Positions 20,134-30,933 of a stretch of 64,000 nt of DNA are shown here, piece after piece (position 1 is the stretch's first letter; each line of letters begins with the position of its first letter). The notes beneath the pieces were generated by a model that was not told the DNA's origin, ran no database searches, and worked only from the letters and a program-made list of their open reading frames with translations. The position numbers were made by a program, and so were the translations under genes. Source of the stretch: an uncultured Spirochaetota bacterium (lineage in GTDB: Bacteria > Spirochaetota > Brevinematia > Brevinematales > JAOACQ01). The stretch is taken from the NCBI GenBank assembly GCA_963783575.1, contig CAWAOD010000010.1, forward strand, positions 160,001 through 224,000, in the 5' to 3' direction.

Positions 20134-20993
20134 AACAAATTTTTATATTTATTATATTTATTATATTTATTTTATTATTTTCATCTTGCGGCAGTAAAAA
20201 TCCAACTATAAGAAATAATATAAAAAAGAATATTTCGGATAATTTATCTGTGGGTATTGAAAGCTACAAAAGTGGAAACCTGGAGTCTGCAACACTCTTT
20301 CTTCAGCAGGCTTTAAAAGACGCTTATTCCATTGACAGTATTGATGATATAATTCTTGTTCTGCAAAGCCTGACCGAAGTTAATTTGAAAAATGAAAATT
20401 ATTCTCTGGCTTCAAATTATATTTTCCAGGCAGAGTCGCTCATCGGTATGGAAAATAATAATGACAACAATTTCTTAATCCAAAAAACAATCGGCAAATA
20501 TTATGAAAAAACCGCGAAAACTCAGGAAGATTACAACAAATCTTATCAATATTATATTAAAGCATCCGAATCTGCAAAAAAAGATGAAGAGAAAGCTCAG
20601 GCATATAATAATATAGGTACGGTCAAAATCGAGCTGAATCAACCGGATGAAGCACTGGAATGGTTTATTAAATCGAAAAATATCAATGAGTCAAAGAATA
20701 TTTATGATTCACTTGCAGATAATTATTACAATATCGGTGATATTTATGAGAAGAAAGGCAATTATGCCGAATCGCTGACAAATTACAATCTTGCTTTAAA
20801 AAACGATAAAATTAGCGAACATCTGAGCGGAATAATTGAAGATCTTAAACGTATCGCTTCGGTCTATTCAAGAATGGGAAATAAAGATGTTTCCCTTGAA
20901 TATTACAACAGGGCTCTAAATGCGGCGGTCAGTATTAATGATAAAAATCAATCGGATCAGATAAAAAGATTAATTGATGATCAAAGCCATTGA
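20130..20993 (+). CDS. TPR-repeat lipoprotein
   Basis: Lipobox-like FSSC, repeated AYNNIG / YYNIG TPR helices. Confidence 0.85.
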   Translation: MKQIFIFIIFIIFILLFSSCGSKNPTIRNNIKKNISDNLSVGIESYKSGNLESATLFLQQALKDAYSIDSIDDIILVLQSLTEVNLKNENYSLASNYIFQAESLIGMENNNDNNFLIQKTIGKYYEKTAKTQEDYNKSYQYYIKASESAKKDEEKAQAYNNIGTVKIELNQPDEALEWFIKSKNINESKNIYDSLADNYYNIGDIYEKKGNYAESLTNYNLALKNDKISEHLSGIIEDLKRIASVYSRMGNKDVSLEYYNRALNAAVSINDKNQSDQIKRLIDDQSH

Positions 20994-21004
20994 TCTTATG
21001 AATT

Positions 21005-22174
<1,170 letters not shown>

Positions 22175-22177
22175 TTA

Positions 22178-25100
22178 TTACTGGTATCTTGCAGGGACAA
22201 ATTTCTTGTTATAGTCGGGGAACCCTATCCCGTTTAATTCTGATGTTTTAAATGTAATAGTTATTTGTGGTTCCCAGAACAAAATCTGCGCAGTTGGATC
22301 TTCTTGCCTGGTTAAAGAGAAACTCAAGCTCATCACCCATTCATTCAAATAATGATCAAGTTCAAATTGGTATTTCTGGATTTTAAAATTTCCTCGCTTT
22401 AACGCATCATAATCCAGAATATTGACGCTGTCCAGCAGGTTTCCCCAGAATTCGATGTAAGGCTGCTGATACCTTGCCACGTTATCCTTAAAATATTGGT
22501 AAAGCCTTGTGTTTTGAACAACAGTTTGAAAACTTAAGCTCCAATATGGATTAAATAACATGGACAAATTCACATTTAGATTGAATATTGAATTTATCGG
22601 GTTCAAAAAGTCCCAATGAAACGAACTGGCAAAGGTTAAATTTGAGATTTCATAAACCACAAGCCCATAAGTTTTCACAATTGAATATTGAGAATTCACG
22701 TCTAATGTTAAATTTGTTTGTTTAATCAAATCATAATTATAAGTAATTACCGGGAGCGGATTGAATTGATTCGGAGGACTAAAAGCCAGCGTCAATGGGA
22801 TTGTTCCGATTGGGGTTAACCTGTTTGTAAAATTATCCATTGTTAATGCAAAATAATTCGTTTTCGTTTCCATGATATCCAATGTAAATCCTGTTGAAGC
22901 AGAAAGCCATGTTATTTTTAAAGCAGTATTGGCAGTCAATTGTCTTTGAGTGATATTATTCAGGATTATATCGTCTACATCATTTGTAATCCTGTACTTA
23001 ATAAAATGCGAGCCGCTTATACTGTAATCCAGATTATCCTTAAACATATTGAACCCGGTTCTCAGGCTTGTATTATGCGTATATTCGAGGGGTGTCGCTG
23101 CGTATGTCGTACGAAAAATCTGGTAATTAAATGTATGGTCAATAGTATAAGGGAAATCAACCTGCCAGATTGAATTGCTGTTAATTATATATGTTTTATT
23201 AATCGATGCATCGCTTGTAAAATCCAATTCATAACCTGATTGATTGAGGTTATTATAATCTTCATTTGTGAAAGTAGACCAGTATTTATTATTATTAAAA
23301 GTAAAAGTGTTGTTCCAATTTATAAAGCTGTTAAAAAGCCTCCCGTTAATGGCATAGGTGCCTGTCTCAACATGATGATACAGGTCGGAAACAGGAGTCG
23401 ACTGCAGATTGGTATCAAGCGTTTCAGAAGGCGTATAATTGACATTGGCATTAAGAGATGAAGAAAAACTATACAGCTCAAAGTTGTTTGTGGTTATCTG
23501 GTAAACAGCGGCGGATGGAGCCGGTTTTTGATTTGTGTCCTTCTGATCTATATTTTGTTGAGGCTGATTGGTTTTATCCTGCTGTACACTTTGATTATTT
23601 GTATCCTGCGATCCGGAAGATAATTTTGATGTACCTGTCTGTATACTGGTATTAAATCCTCCCGTCTGGTTTATATATTGACTGCTGATATCGTTGCCGG
23701 AAGTATTTAAATTGCTTTCAATTTTATTTGATTTAAAATCGTCCTGAGGTGATTTGCCTTCATTCGTAAAAATTTGATTTGTTCCATCGGATTCGTTTGT
23801 AAGTTTATTACTTTCGATAGTATGATTTTTTTCAAGATAGGCATTCGCGTCTTCATTCAGTCTGAGGCTGATATTTGTGTTAGAAGCCTTAAGTGTTTTT
23901 GAAACAGGGAACGTGTAATTGACATCCTTGAATATGTCAATATTCCCAAGTGTATAAGACATATTTGGAAAATTCACATTATATAAATAGAATTTATACC
24001 TATCGTTCAAATAAACATTTGAAACGGAAGGGTCAACCCAATAATTATACTGCCAGTTTCCCGATAATTGAAAATTTTTGTATTGGAGTAAAAAGCTTCT
24101 TGAATAAGTAGTAAAAGAAATTCCGGAATCATCCCTGCCGGCCCCATAAAAATTATTGTCGGAATTTAAAATTGCTTCTTTAACGGGATCAAATGATTCT
24201 CTTCGCGTATTATATTTTCTGCTGAAAAATGGATCATTAAGATCTTCCCAGCTAATTGCAAGGTTGATATCATTTGTTTCAATTACTGTTTGGACCTTAT
24301 AATGCCAGGCAAGCTGCTGAATATTGGTATAATAGTTTGTCGGCTGACCGTTTATAGTATCATTTACCAGAACCTGCTGGGAATACCTGTCATTAACCGA
24401 ATCATACATAACACGAACGTCGTTCGCCGCTTCACCGAAAAAACTTATGCTTTTGAATAATCCGATTTTATTGTTACTGTTCAACTTCAATTGAGAATAC
24501 TGTCCCAGTCTTTCATAAACATCCAGGCCTACAGATGAATTAAAGTTGCCAAAATCGAAATAAGCAGTATTCATCAAATACCATCCAATCCTGATTTCCT
24601 GGCCGAAAGAAGTTTTTATTCCTGTAAATTTTTCCCATCTGAAATAAAACGGCATATAAAAAAAATCTCCCTGGCCAACCGTATATGTATCATGAAGAGC
24701 AAATATGATATCTCCCTTAAAATACCATAGTTTTTGTGCAAAAAATTGGTATTGCGGTAACTCCGCAGGTGTAAAAGTCAGATTGACATCTTCCAGAACA
24801 ACCCTGTCATCCGAGAGTATCGTAACTTTTTTGGCATGATAATACCAGCCGTTAGACGCGCTTAAAAGTCCAATAGAGCCGCCCGATTGTTTGATATATG
24901 ACCGGACATTTTTCAATGTCCCCTTTTTTGTCTCGGGATTGAAATTCATATAATCCGCCAGATAGATGCTGTCGCCGTAATGAAACTCAACCTTTTCATA
25001 TGCGGCAATTTCCAGTATTTTATTACCGCTTGAAGTGATGATAACTGTTCTGGCTTTAAGTATATTACCTTCAAAACGTATTTTAACGTTCCCGAGAAAT

Positions 25101-25375
25101 TTTATATGCGTTACATTATCCTTCTCAAAATTCTGAATAACCACTTCGTCATAATTATCAAAAATAATATTGTTGTTTGGGTTCGCGTTTGATATATTAA
25201 TTTCACTTACAAATTGATTGGATATGTTTATATTGTTTGAATTAGATAAAATTAAATTTGTATTATTAATATTGGTGTTATTTATATTTGTATTAATAAT
25301 ATTAGTTGCTGAATATGCATGATAGAAGAAAAAAAGAAAAAGAACGGTTATTAAAATTTTCATTTTCAAGATCAA
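22178..25375 (-). CDS. LptD-like outer-membrane assembly protein
   Basis: Signal peptide, OstA-like jellyroll N-terminus (GNVKIRFEGNILKA, MNFNPETKKGTL), beta-strand-rich C-terminus, Asn/Gln-rich insert. Confidence 0.65.
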   Translation of the reverse strand: MILKMKILITVLFLFFFYHAYSATNIINTNINNTNINNTNLILSNSNNINISNQFVSEINISNANPNNNIIFDNYDEVVIQNFEKDNVTHIKFLGNVKIRFEGNILKARTVIITSSGNKILEIAAYEKVEFHYGDSIYLADYMNFNPETKKGTLKNVRSYIKQSGGSIGLLSASNGWYYHAKKVTILSDDRVVLEDVNLTFTPAELPQYQFFAQKLWYFKGDIIFALHDTYTVGQGDFFYMPFYFRWEKFTGIKTSFGQEIRIGWYLMNTAYFDFGNFNSSVGLDVYERLGQYSQLKLNSNNKIGLFKSISFFGEAANDVRVMYDSVNDRYSQQVLVNDTINGQPTNYYTNIQQLAWHYKVQTVIETNDINLAISWEDLNDPFFSRKYNTRRESFDPVKEAILNSDNNFYGAGRDDSGISFTTYSRSFLLQYKNFQLSGNWQYNYWVDPSVSNVYLNDRYKFYLYNVNFPNMSYTLGNIDIFKDVNYTFPVSKTLKASNTNISLRLNEDANAYLEKNHTIESNKLTNESDGTNQIFTNEGKSPQDDFKSNKIESNLNTSGNDISSQYINQTGGFNTSIQTGTSKLSSGSQDTNNQSVQQDKTNQPQQNIDQKDTNQKPAPSAAVYQITTNNFELYSFSSSLNANVNYTPSETLDTNLQSTPVSDLYHHVETGTYAINGRLFNSFINWNNTFTFNNNKYWSTFTNEDYNNLNQSGYELDFTSDASINKTYIINSNSIWQVDFPYTIDHTFNYQIFRTTYAATPLEYTHNTSLRTGFNMFKDNLDYSISGSHFIKYRITNDVDDIILNNITQRQLTANTALKITWLSASTGFTLDIMETKTNYFALTMDNFTNRLTPIGTIPLTLAFSPPNQFNPLPVITYNYDLIKQTNLTLDVNSQYSIVKTYGLVVYEISNLTFASSFHWDFLNPINSIFNLNVNLSMLFNPYWSLSFQTVVQNTRLYQYFKDNVARYQQPYIEFWGNLLDSVNILDYDALKRGNFKIQKYQFELDHYLNEWVMSLSFSLTRQEDPTAQILFWEPQITITFKTSELNGIGFPDYNKKFVPARYQ

Positions 25376-25731
25376 TGGAAATCTCCAATGAATAATTTAT
25401 CAGGTATAATGCTTTTTTTCAAACTTTATTTACATAAAAAACTATAAGAAATTTTATAGATAATTTTATCTGGACTACTTCAATTTAATGATGAACCGGC
25501 GAAACGCTGTTTTTTTATTAACTGCAACAAAAGACCGTTAAGTAAACCACGGATTTGCCCGGCATTCACAGGTCATCATTATAAGGCCACAAATAAAAAC
25601 AATCAATTTTGTAGTTCTTAAACAACTTATCTATTTAAATGAAAAATGAAGTGATTAACAAATCGAAAGGAACCGGAATGACATGAGAGAATTTTAAAGA
25701 AAGGATTGTATTTTTGAAATACTAACTGGAA

Positions 25732-25953
25732 TTATAGATCTTTCTGGTCTATATAACCTTCAAGCATAGCTTTACTTATATTTTCCGCTAATTTTTCTAT
25801 TGCAAAGGATATATATTTCGGGTCATTAATTTTTTTACGTAATACTTCCATTCTAGCATCAGATAAAGAACTGGAATTTGTTTTAACAATAATCCGATGA
25901 AAATTCCGTTTTTTTTCCAATAATACTTCTTCAATCACTTTTTTCTCCCTCAA
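25732..25953 (-). CDS. Small protein, FlgM-C-terminal-like
   Basis: RMEVLRKKINDPKYI resembles the FlgM RV.ELK..I..G.Y motif. It follows yraN. Confidence 0.45.
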   Translation of the reverse strand: MREKKVIEEVLLEKKRNFHRIIVKTNSSSLSDARMEVLRKKINDPKYISFAIEKLAENISKAMLEGYIDQKDL

Positions 25954-25969
25954 TCTCTTATGGAAAAAA

Positions 25970-26353
25970 CTAATAAAAGCCTTTTATATGTTTCATTTCA
26001 AAACAATCATCAACATCTTCTTTATCCTTTCTGCCGCATTTTATAAAAATTGCATCAACCCTAATTTCCTTAAAATTAATTCCGCTTTCACTGATATAAA
26101 TTTCGGCACTTTTTAAAATCTTTTTAATTTTTATTTTATTTATTGTCCTTTCAATCTCAAGCAGCTGATCACCTCTTCTTGTTTTCACCTCAACAAGGAC
26201 CAAGCATCCCTCATCCTTAAAAATAAGATCGATTTCTCCAAATTTTGTATGATAATTTGAAGCAAGAAATTCATATCCCCGAGAAACCAGGTATTCTTTA
26301 CCTATTGTTTCCCCTTTACGGCCCAGATTTATTTTATCAACTTTTATTTTCAT
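25970..26353 (-). CDS. yraN: YraN family (UPF0102) putative endonuclease
   Basis: LGRKGE, GEIDLI, VEVKTR motifs. Confidence 0.93.
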   Translation of the reverse strand: MKIKVDKINLGRKGETIGKEYLVSRGYEFLASNYHTKFGEIDLIFKDEGCLVLVEVKTRRGDQLLEIERTINKIKIKKILKSAEIYISESGINFKEIRVDAIFIKCGRKDKEDVDDCFEMKHIKGFY

Positions 26354-27494
26354 TACTGACTAATTTTGATTGTATGGCTTTAACTATATAAATATCCGTT
26401 TCCCTGGACAGTTTGATTACTTGACCGTTTTCAACTTCATCTCCGAATTCATCCCTCATTACTTTCACTGTCGGGCGGAAAGGAGAAACAGGATCGGCAG
26501 CAACAACTTTTGCAATTGCATTGGTATTAAGTTGAACAAAGCATCCAACCGGATAAATTGACATAAGCCCTAGAAATACTTTCAAAATTTCCGGATCCAG
26601 TTTTTTTGAACCCTCACCCAAAACCATTTTCATCGCGTCATAGGACTCTTTCCCTTCGCGGTAAACCCTATCCTTTGTGAGTGCTTCATAAGTATCAACA
26701 ACAGCAATAATTTTACTCATTTCGGACATTTCATAACCCTTAATTTTACGGGGATACCCTGTGCCGTCAAACCTCTCATGGTGTTCAAGCCCTACTCTGG
26801 CAATTTCAATGGGGAAATTCAAATCTTTTGCTATTACCTGATAACTGTGAACCGGATGAGTTTTAACCTGATTATATTCATCAGGGCTGAGTTTCTCTTC
26901 TTTTTCAGTAATATAAGCTGGTATTTTTATCATCCCCACATCATAAACCAGTGCCGCCAAAGCAAGATTTACCAGTTTAACCATTGAATAACCAAGCCTC
27001 TGCCCCAATATAACCGAAAGAATCGCGGTATTAATAATGTGATTGGCCAGATAATCGCCCTTACCTGCTATGTTAACAAGGTTTATAAAAATCTCTGGTC
27101 TTTTTTCAGCCATTATAGAATTTGCCATTTTAGTAGCAAGTGTTTGTATCTTATCAGGATCAAATCCCTGGCCGTTCCTGAATTTATTATACTGAACTCC
27201 AATGATATTCAGGCATTCCTGATAAAAATCCACATATTTTGCCGTTTCTTTATCAACGACAATCTTTTTTTTCTCAATCCCCTTATTTTCATATTCAATG
27301 GAAAGGGCCTTTTCTTCCATTATTTCTCCTGCGGTTTCAACATGTGTTATGTGTCTTGATTTCAAATTACTCAGCGTAAATTCATCCAATACTTTTCCCG
27401 CAGGCAGCACTATATTTAAATTGATGTCAAAAAGCGATTTGGAAAATCTAATACCAGGCTTTAAATCATCAATTATAATCTTGTGCATGGGCAT
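26337..27494 (-). CDS. HD-GYP domain protein
   Basis: HHERFDGTGYP present. HD dyad replaced by YD (LVYDVGM). Confidence 0.9.
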   Translation of the reverse strand: MPMHKIIIDDLKPGIRFSKSLFDINLNIVLPAGKVLDEFTLSNLKSRHITHVETAGEIMEEKALSIEYENKGIEKKKIVVDKETAKYVDFYQECLNIIGVQYNKFRNGQGFDPDKIQTLATKMANSIMAEKRPEIFINLVNIAGKGDYLANHIINTAILSVILGQRLGYSMVKLVNLALAALVYDVGMIKIPAYITEKEEKLSPDEYNQVKTHPVHSYQVIAKDLNFPIEIARVGLEHHERFDGTGYPRKIKGYEMSEMSKIIAVVDTYEALTKDRVYREGKESYDAMKMVLGEGSKKLDPEILKVFLGLMSIYPVGCFVQLNTNAIAKVVAADPVSPFRPTVKVMRDEFGDEVENGQVIKLSRETDIYIVKAIQSKLVSNENKS

Positions 27495-27525
27495 AATAAT
27501 TCTCCCGCAATTTAAATTTTAAATT

Positions 27526-27792
27526 TCAACCTTTTAAAGAATAAATAAAACTGAAAATTTCAGCAACAATTGTATATAATTCAACCGGAATTTCTTCATT
27601 TTGTTTTAACCGGTACAATGATTCCGCCAATTTATCATTTCTATAAACCGGAATATTATTTTTCCTTGCCAGTGAAACAATATAATCTCCTAAAGCTCCA
27701 ACCCCTTTTGCAAGTATATAAGGGGCTTCATTAATCGCATTATCGTATTTTAAAGCTACAGCTCTGTTCTGCATAGCATACTTGTTCTGCAT
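27526..27792 (-). CDS. FlhB cytoplasmic-domain-like protein (EscU/YscU/HrcU family)
   Basis: AVALKYD...APYILAKG...EIPVELYTIVAEI. Confidence 0.92.
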   Translation of the reverse strand: MQNKYAMQNRAVALKYDNAINEAPYILAKGVGALGDYIVSLARKNNIPVYRNDKLAESLYRLKQNEEIPVELYTIVAEIFSFIYSLKG

Positions 27793-27828
27793 AGCATCCT
27801 CCTTTTGAGTTTCATTTTTTTATATAAT

Positions 27829-28854
27829 TCAAACTGAAATATCTATGTTAAATATACCGCTGAAATCATCCTTTATCTGAAATAAATCTTCTTTCTGCCA
27901 GAAAAGAAATTGATTTTTTAATTCGCAGATTCTCAGCGATACTCTTTTATCTGGCAATAATCTGCCGATCTTTTTATTTAGAATTTCATAATCTATTTTT
28001 TTGTTTAAATACTCATTATACAGGTTTTTATTAATAAAAACATTAACCAGGCACTCCATTTTTTGAAGATCTATTACTATTAATACTTTTCCAAATTCTT
28101 CATTGTCAATATTAAAATAAAACTTCCGGGAATCATTTTCATTTGAGATTCTTTGTTGAATAATCAAATCCTTTCCCTCATAAAAAACATTATATGTTTT
28201 AAAAGAACTCTCCTCGCCAAAATATTTATAAAAAACATTATCAAGGATTCTTTCTTCACCGGATTTTTTTTCATTAAATATATCAATTAAATTCAAAATA
28301 TTCTTTTTCTCAGATTTGTTTTTAATAATCTTTTTATAAATTGAATTTAGATTGAAAAAAAAATCCGGGAAATCAATATCAATTACATAACCCTTTTCAA
28401 TAAAATTAAGCATTATATCACAAAAAACCTCACCATATTTCAATACTGCCAGATTGAGCAGTTTTATCATTGAAATATCCAGTTTACTGCCTATTGAATG
28501 CAGCTTAACAGCAGACCGGATATTTTCTTCTGATAAAGGCATGTTGTTATCAAGCAGAAATAACCTGGTTTGATCAATAAACTTTTTTTTACCGATTTCA
28601 TCAAAATCTTTTGAATTTTTAAGAGAACTTAAAACTCTCAGCCGGATCGATTTTCTTTCCTGCTCACCTGAAATCTCTATTAAAGCAAGAAAATTATCCG
28701 GTACTTCGGTTTCAATATTTGCCTCAGTTTTAAAACCATTAATTTCAATTACAGCAGAATTATCTTTTCTTTCAATAATCTTAACATTAACAATTGTTAA
28801 TGGCTACAGGATATTCTTATCTAAAAATTCAACATGATTTAATTGAATGTTCAA
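27829..28854 (-). CDS. Hypothetical protein, possibly FliK-related, with in-frame TAG at codon 17
   Basis: Reading frame stays open from 28542 up to TAG 28804-28806 and continues to TTG 28854, which is preceded by GGGGGA. It lies upstream of the FlhB-like gene. Confidence 0.5.
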
Positions 28855-29084
28855 AAGTCCCCCGTCTGGAACAAGCTTTATGCTTGTTCAAAATCCATAA
28901 TCCACTTCAAAAAAAAAGATTTTTAAAACACAGATGGTTATTTCTCTTATCGGAATTTTTCCTGAATAGATAATTATTATTGATAATTTGCATCTTTTCA
29001 GGTATTATTATACTTATTTTAATGAATGTAAGAAATATTAATATTTTTTTTATTATTTGCTCTTTTTACTGCAGGAGAAATCGC

Positions 29085-29597
29085 ATGGCCGGCGACACCT
29101 TTGAACTTTTTTTTAAAGAGAATGAAAATACGCTTTATAAGATAATCAGAAGTTATGTAAAATCTCCTGACACAGCAAAGGATATTGTTCTTGAAACCAT
29201 GATGAAAATATATGAGCGATGGGAAAATGTTCAATACTTTGAAAATAGTGTAGGATATGCTGTAAGAATAGGTATTAATATGGCCAAGAAAAATTTAATG
29301 GAAAACAAATTAAAATCATTTTTACCAATTCTGGGAGATGATGGCAATCAAAATCTTGCTTCCAATACTTATAATCCTGAAAACAGTGTCCTAAAAGATG
29401 AAGAAGATACATGGCTTGAGCAGGAACTTTATAAATTAAAAGAAATTGAAAGAAATGTTATAATCTTAAAAGATATAGATAAAAAAAAATTCGAAGAGAT
29501 CGCTGGAATTTTCAACCAAAAACTTTCTACTGTAAAATCACATTACAGAAGGGGAAAAATCAAATTATCCAAAAAATTGGAGGAAATATATGAATAA
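29085..29597 (+). CDS. ECF sigma factor
   Basis: AGGAG RBS then ATG 29085. Region 2 AKDIVLETMMKIY and region 4 EEIAGIFNQKLSTVKSHYRRG. Confidence 0.88.
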   Translation: MAGDTFELFFKENENTLYKIIRSYVKSPDTAKDIVLETMMKIYERWENVQYFENSVGYAVRIGINMAKKNLMENKLKSFLPILGDDGNQNLASNTYNPENSVLKDEEDTWLEQELYKLKEIERNVIILKDIDKKKFEEIAGIFNQKLSTVKSHYRRGKIKLSKKLEEIYE

Positions 29598-30108
29598 TTC
29601 AATTAAATGCGATCAATTTATGGAATGGATCGATCATTCCGGTGAAAACGAAATAAATAATATGCCGAAAGTTATGGAAGATCATATAAAAATCTGCCGC
29701 GATTGCTATTATTATCGTATGGTTTCATTAAAATTAAACAAAAATTCTTTACAGAGTGAAAAAATTGAAATCTGGCAGGAATTTGAGGATTTATGGCCGC
29801 TGGCAGAGGAAAAAGAAAAATATTCTGCTGTCAGAAGATCCCGCTTAAAACTTGCCGGTGCTGTTTTAAGCTTTATTCTTGTTGCGGGTGTTTTTATTGG
29901 GATTTATAATTTCAATCTTAATGTAAAGAATACTGATAATTTCAATATGAACAACAGCAACTTTGTAAATAACGGATTTAAAAATAACACGCCTGCAAAT
30001 ATTTATAATAAAAGCGGTAATTATGGCAACTCCGTGATTTCGGACGCAGGTTATTATTATGAAACAAGCGATCTGGATTACTATTATGATATATCGATGC
30101 AGATGTAA
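29590..30108 (+). CDS. Anti-sigma factor (HxxxCxxC ZAS motif + TM)
   Basis: HIKICRDC, single TM, overlaps the ECF stop codon. Confidence 0.75.
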   Translation: MNNSIKCDQFMEWIDHSGENEINNMPKVMEDHIKICRDCYYYRMVSLKLNKNSLQSEKIEIWQEFEDLWPLAEEKEKYSAVRRSRLKLAGAVLSFILVAGVFIGIYNFNLNVKNTDNFNMNNSNFVNNGFKNNTPANIYNKSGNYGNSVISDAGYYYETSDLDYYYDISMQM

Positions 30109-30151
30109 GATTTTTGACGGTTATTGTTGGTTTTTTTATAATAATCAAGCA

Positions 30152-30178
30152 GCCTTGTCCTGAGCTTGACGAAGGGGC
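30152..30178 (+). repeat. REP-like element (CTGAGCTTGxCGAAG family)
   Basis: GTCCTGAGCTTGACGAAGG matches a widespread intergenic REP-like motif. Confidence 0.55.
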
Positions 30179-30199
30179 ATGCTTGTTAAGGAGTTTATA

Positions 30200-30832
30200 A
30201 TGAAAAATTTTTTATTTTTTATTATGATATTTGCCATACTGGCATTATTTTCAGGGATTATTTCAGCACAGGAAAAAAGAAGCCGGGATGAAGAGAATGA
30301 AAGCACATCCAATAAAATGTTTTTAAGATATAATAGTTTCCGGATGATGGGTACGGATAATGGGAACCATTTCAGCGGGTCAATGATGATGGGAGGATAT
30401 GGACTGCGCGAAGGTTATTTTAATCCGGATTTATTTACAATAATTGAAAATTACAGGATTAAAATTCAAAAAATTTACCTTGATGCAGGACAATCAAAAA
30501 TCAGCCTTGATACTAAAAGGATTGATCTATACATTAGGCTTAATGAGTTTGCCGAAAAATATAAATCCGATAAAACTTTAACAAATGATGTGATTAATAC
30601 TATTAAGGATTTAAATGCCATACAAAATCAGATTCATGGCATAGATCAGGATGCTATGAAGAAAATAGAGACTTTAATTATAAGCAGGGAAAAAGAAATC
30701 GAGGCAGCCAACGATGCCTGGATTAAAAAACTTGCAAAAGATGATAAGGAATTGGAAAATTACCTGGAATATATTAATTTAAGATCCCGCAGGATGTTAT
30801 TATTTACAAATTCCAGCCCGGAAAACCATTGA
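30200..30832 (+). CDS. Exported Met/Gly-rich helical protein (Spy/CpxP-like, tentative)
   Basis: AAGGAG RBS, signal peptide, MMG/MMMGGYG segment then coiled helices. Third gene of the ECF/anti-sigma locus. Confidence 0.55.
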   Translation: MKNFLFFIMIFAILALFSGIISAQEKRSRDEENESTSNKMFLRYNSFRMMGTDNGNHFSGSMMMGGYGLREGYFNPDLFTIIENYRIKIQKIYLDAGQSKISLDTKRIDLYIRLNEFAEKYKSDKTLTNDVINTIKDLNAIQNQIHGIDQDAMKKIETLIISREKEIEAANDAWIKKLAKDDKELENYLEYINLRSRRMLLFTNSSPENH

Positions 30833-30864
30833 TTTTAATACCGGGCCGCCTCCTTAAAGATTTG

Positions 30865-30923
30865 GAGTTGTCCTTAACGATCATCCCGCTTTTGCCCGGT
30901 GACCGTGGGGACAGCTCTTTTTT
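30865..30923 (+). terminator. Putative intrinsic terminator
   Basis: GAGTTGTCC...GGGACAGCTC followed by a T run, between convergent genes. Confidence 0.45.
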
Positions 30924-30933
30924 AATATTTTAT

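Noticed and set aside
25487..25510. Hammerhead ribozyme, or ZTP / c-di-GMP riboswitch (ATGATGA...CGAAAC, GGCAAA)
   Set aside because: The CUGAUGA core is imperfect with no stem III/GUH, and other conserved riboswitch elements are absent.
28804..28806. Genome-wide TAG recoding
   Set aside because: TAG terminates many intact genes here (mlaE, mnmG, gltA, antitoxin, zinc-ribbon gene).
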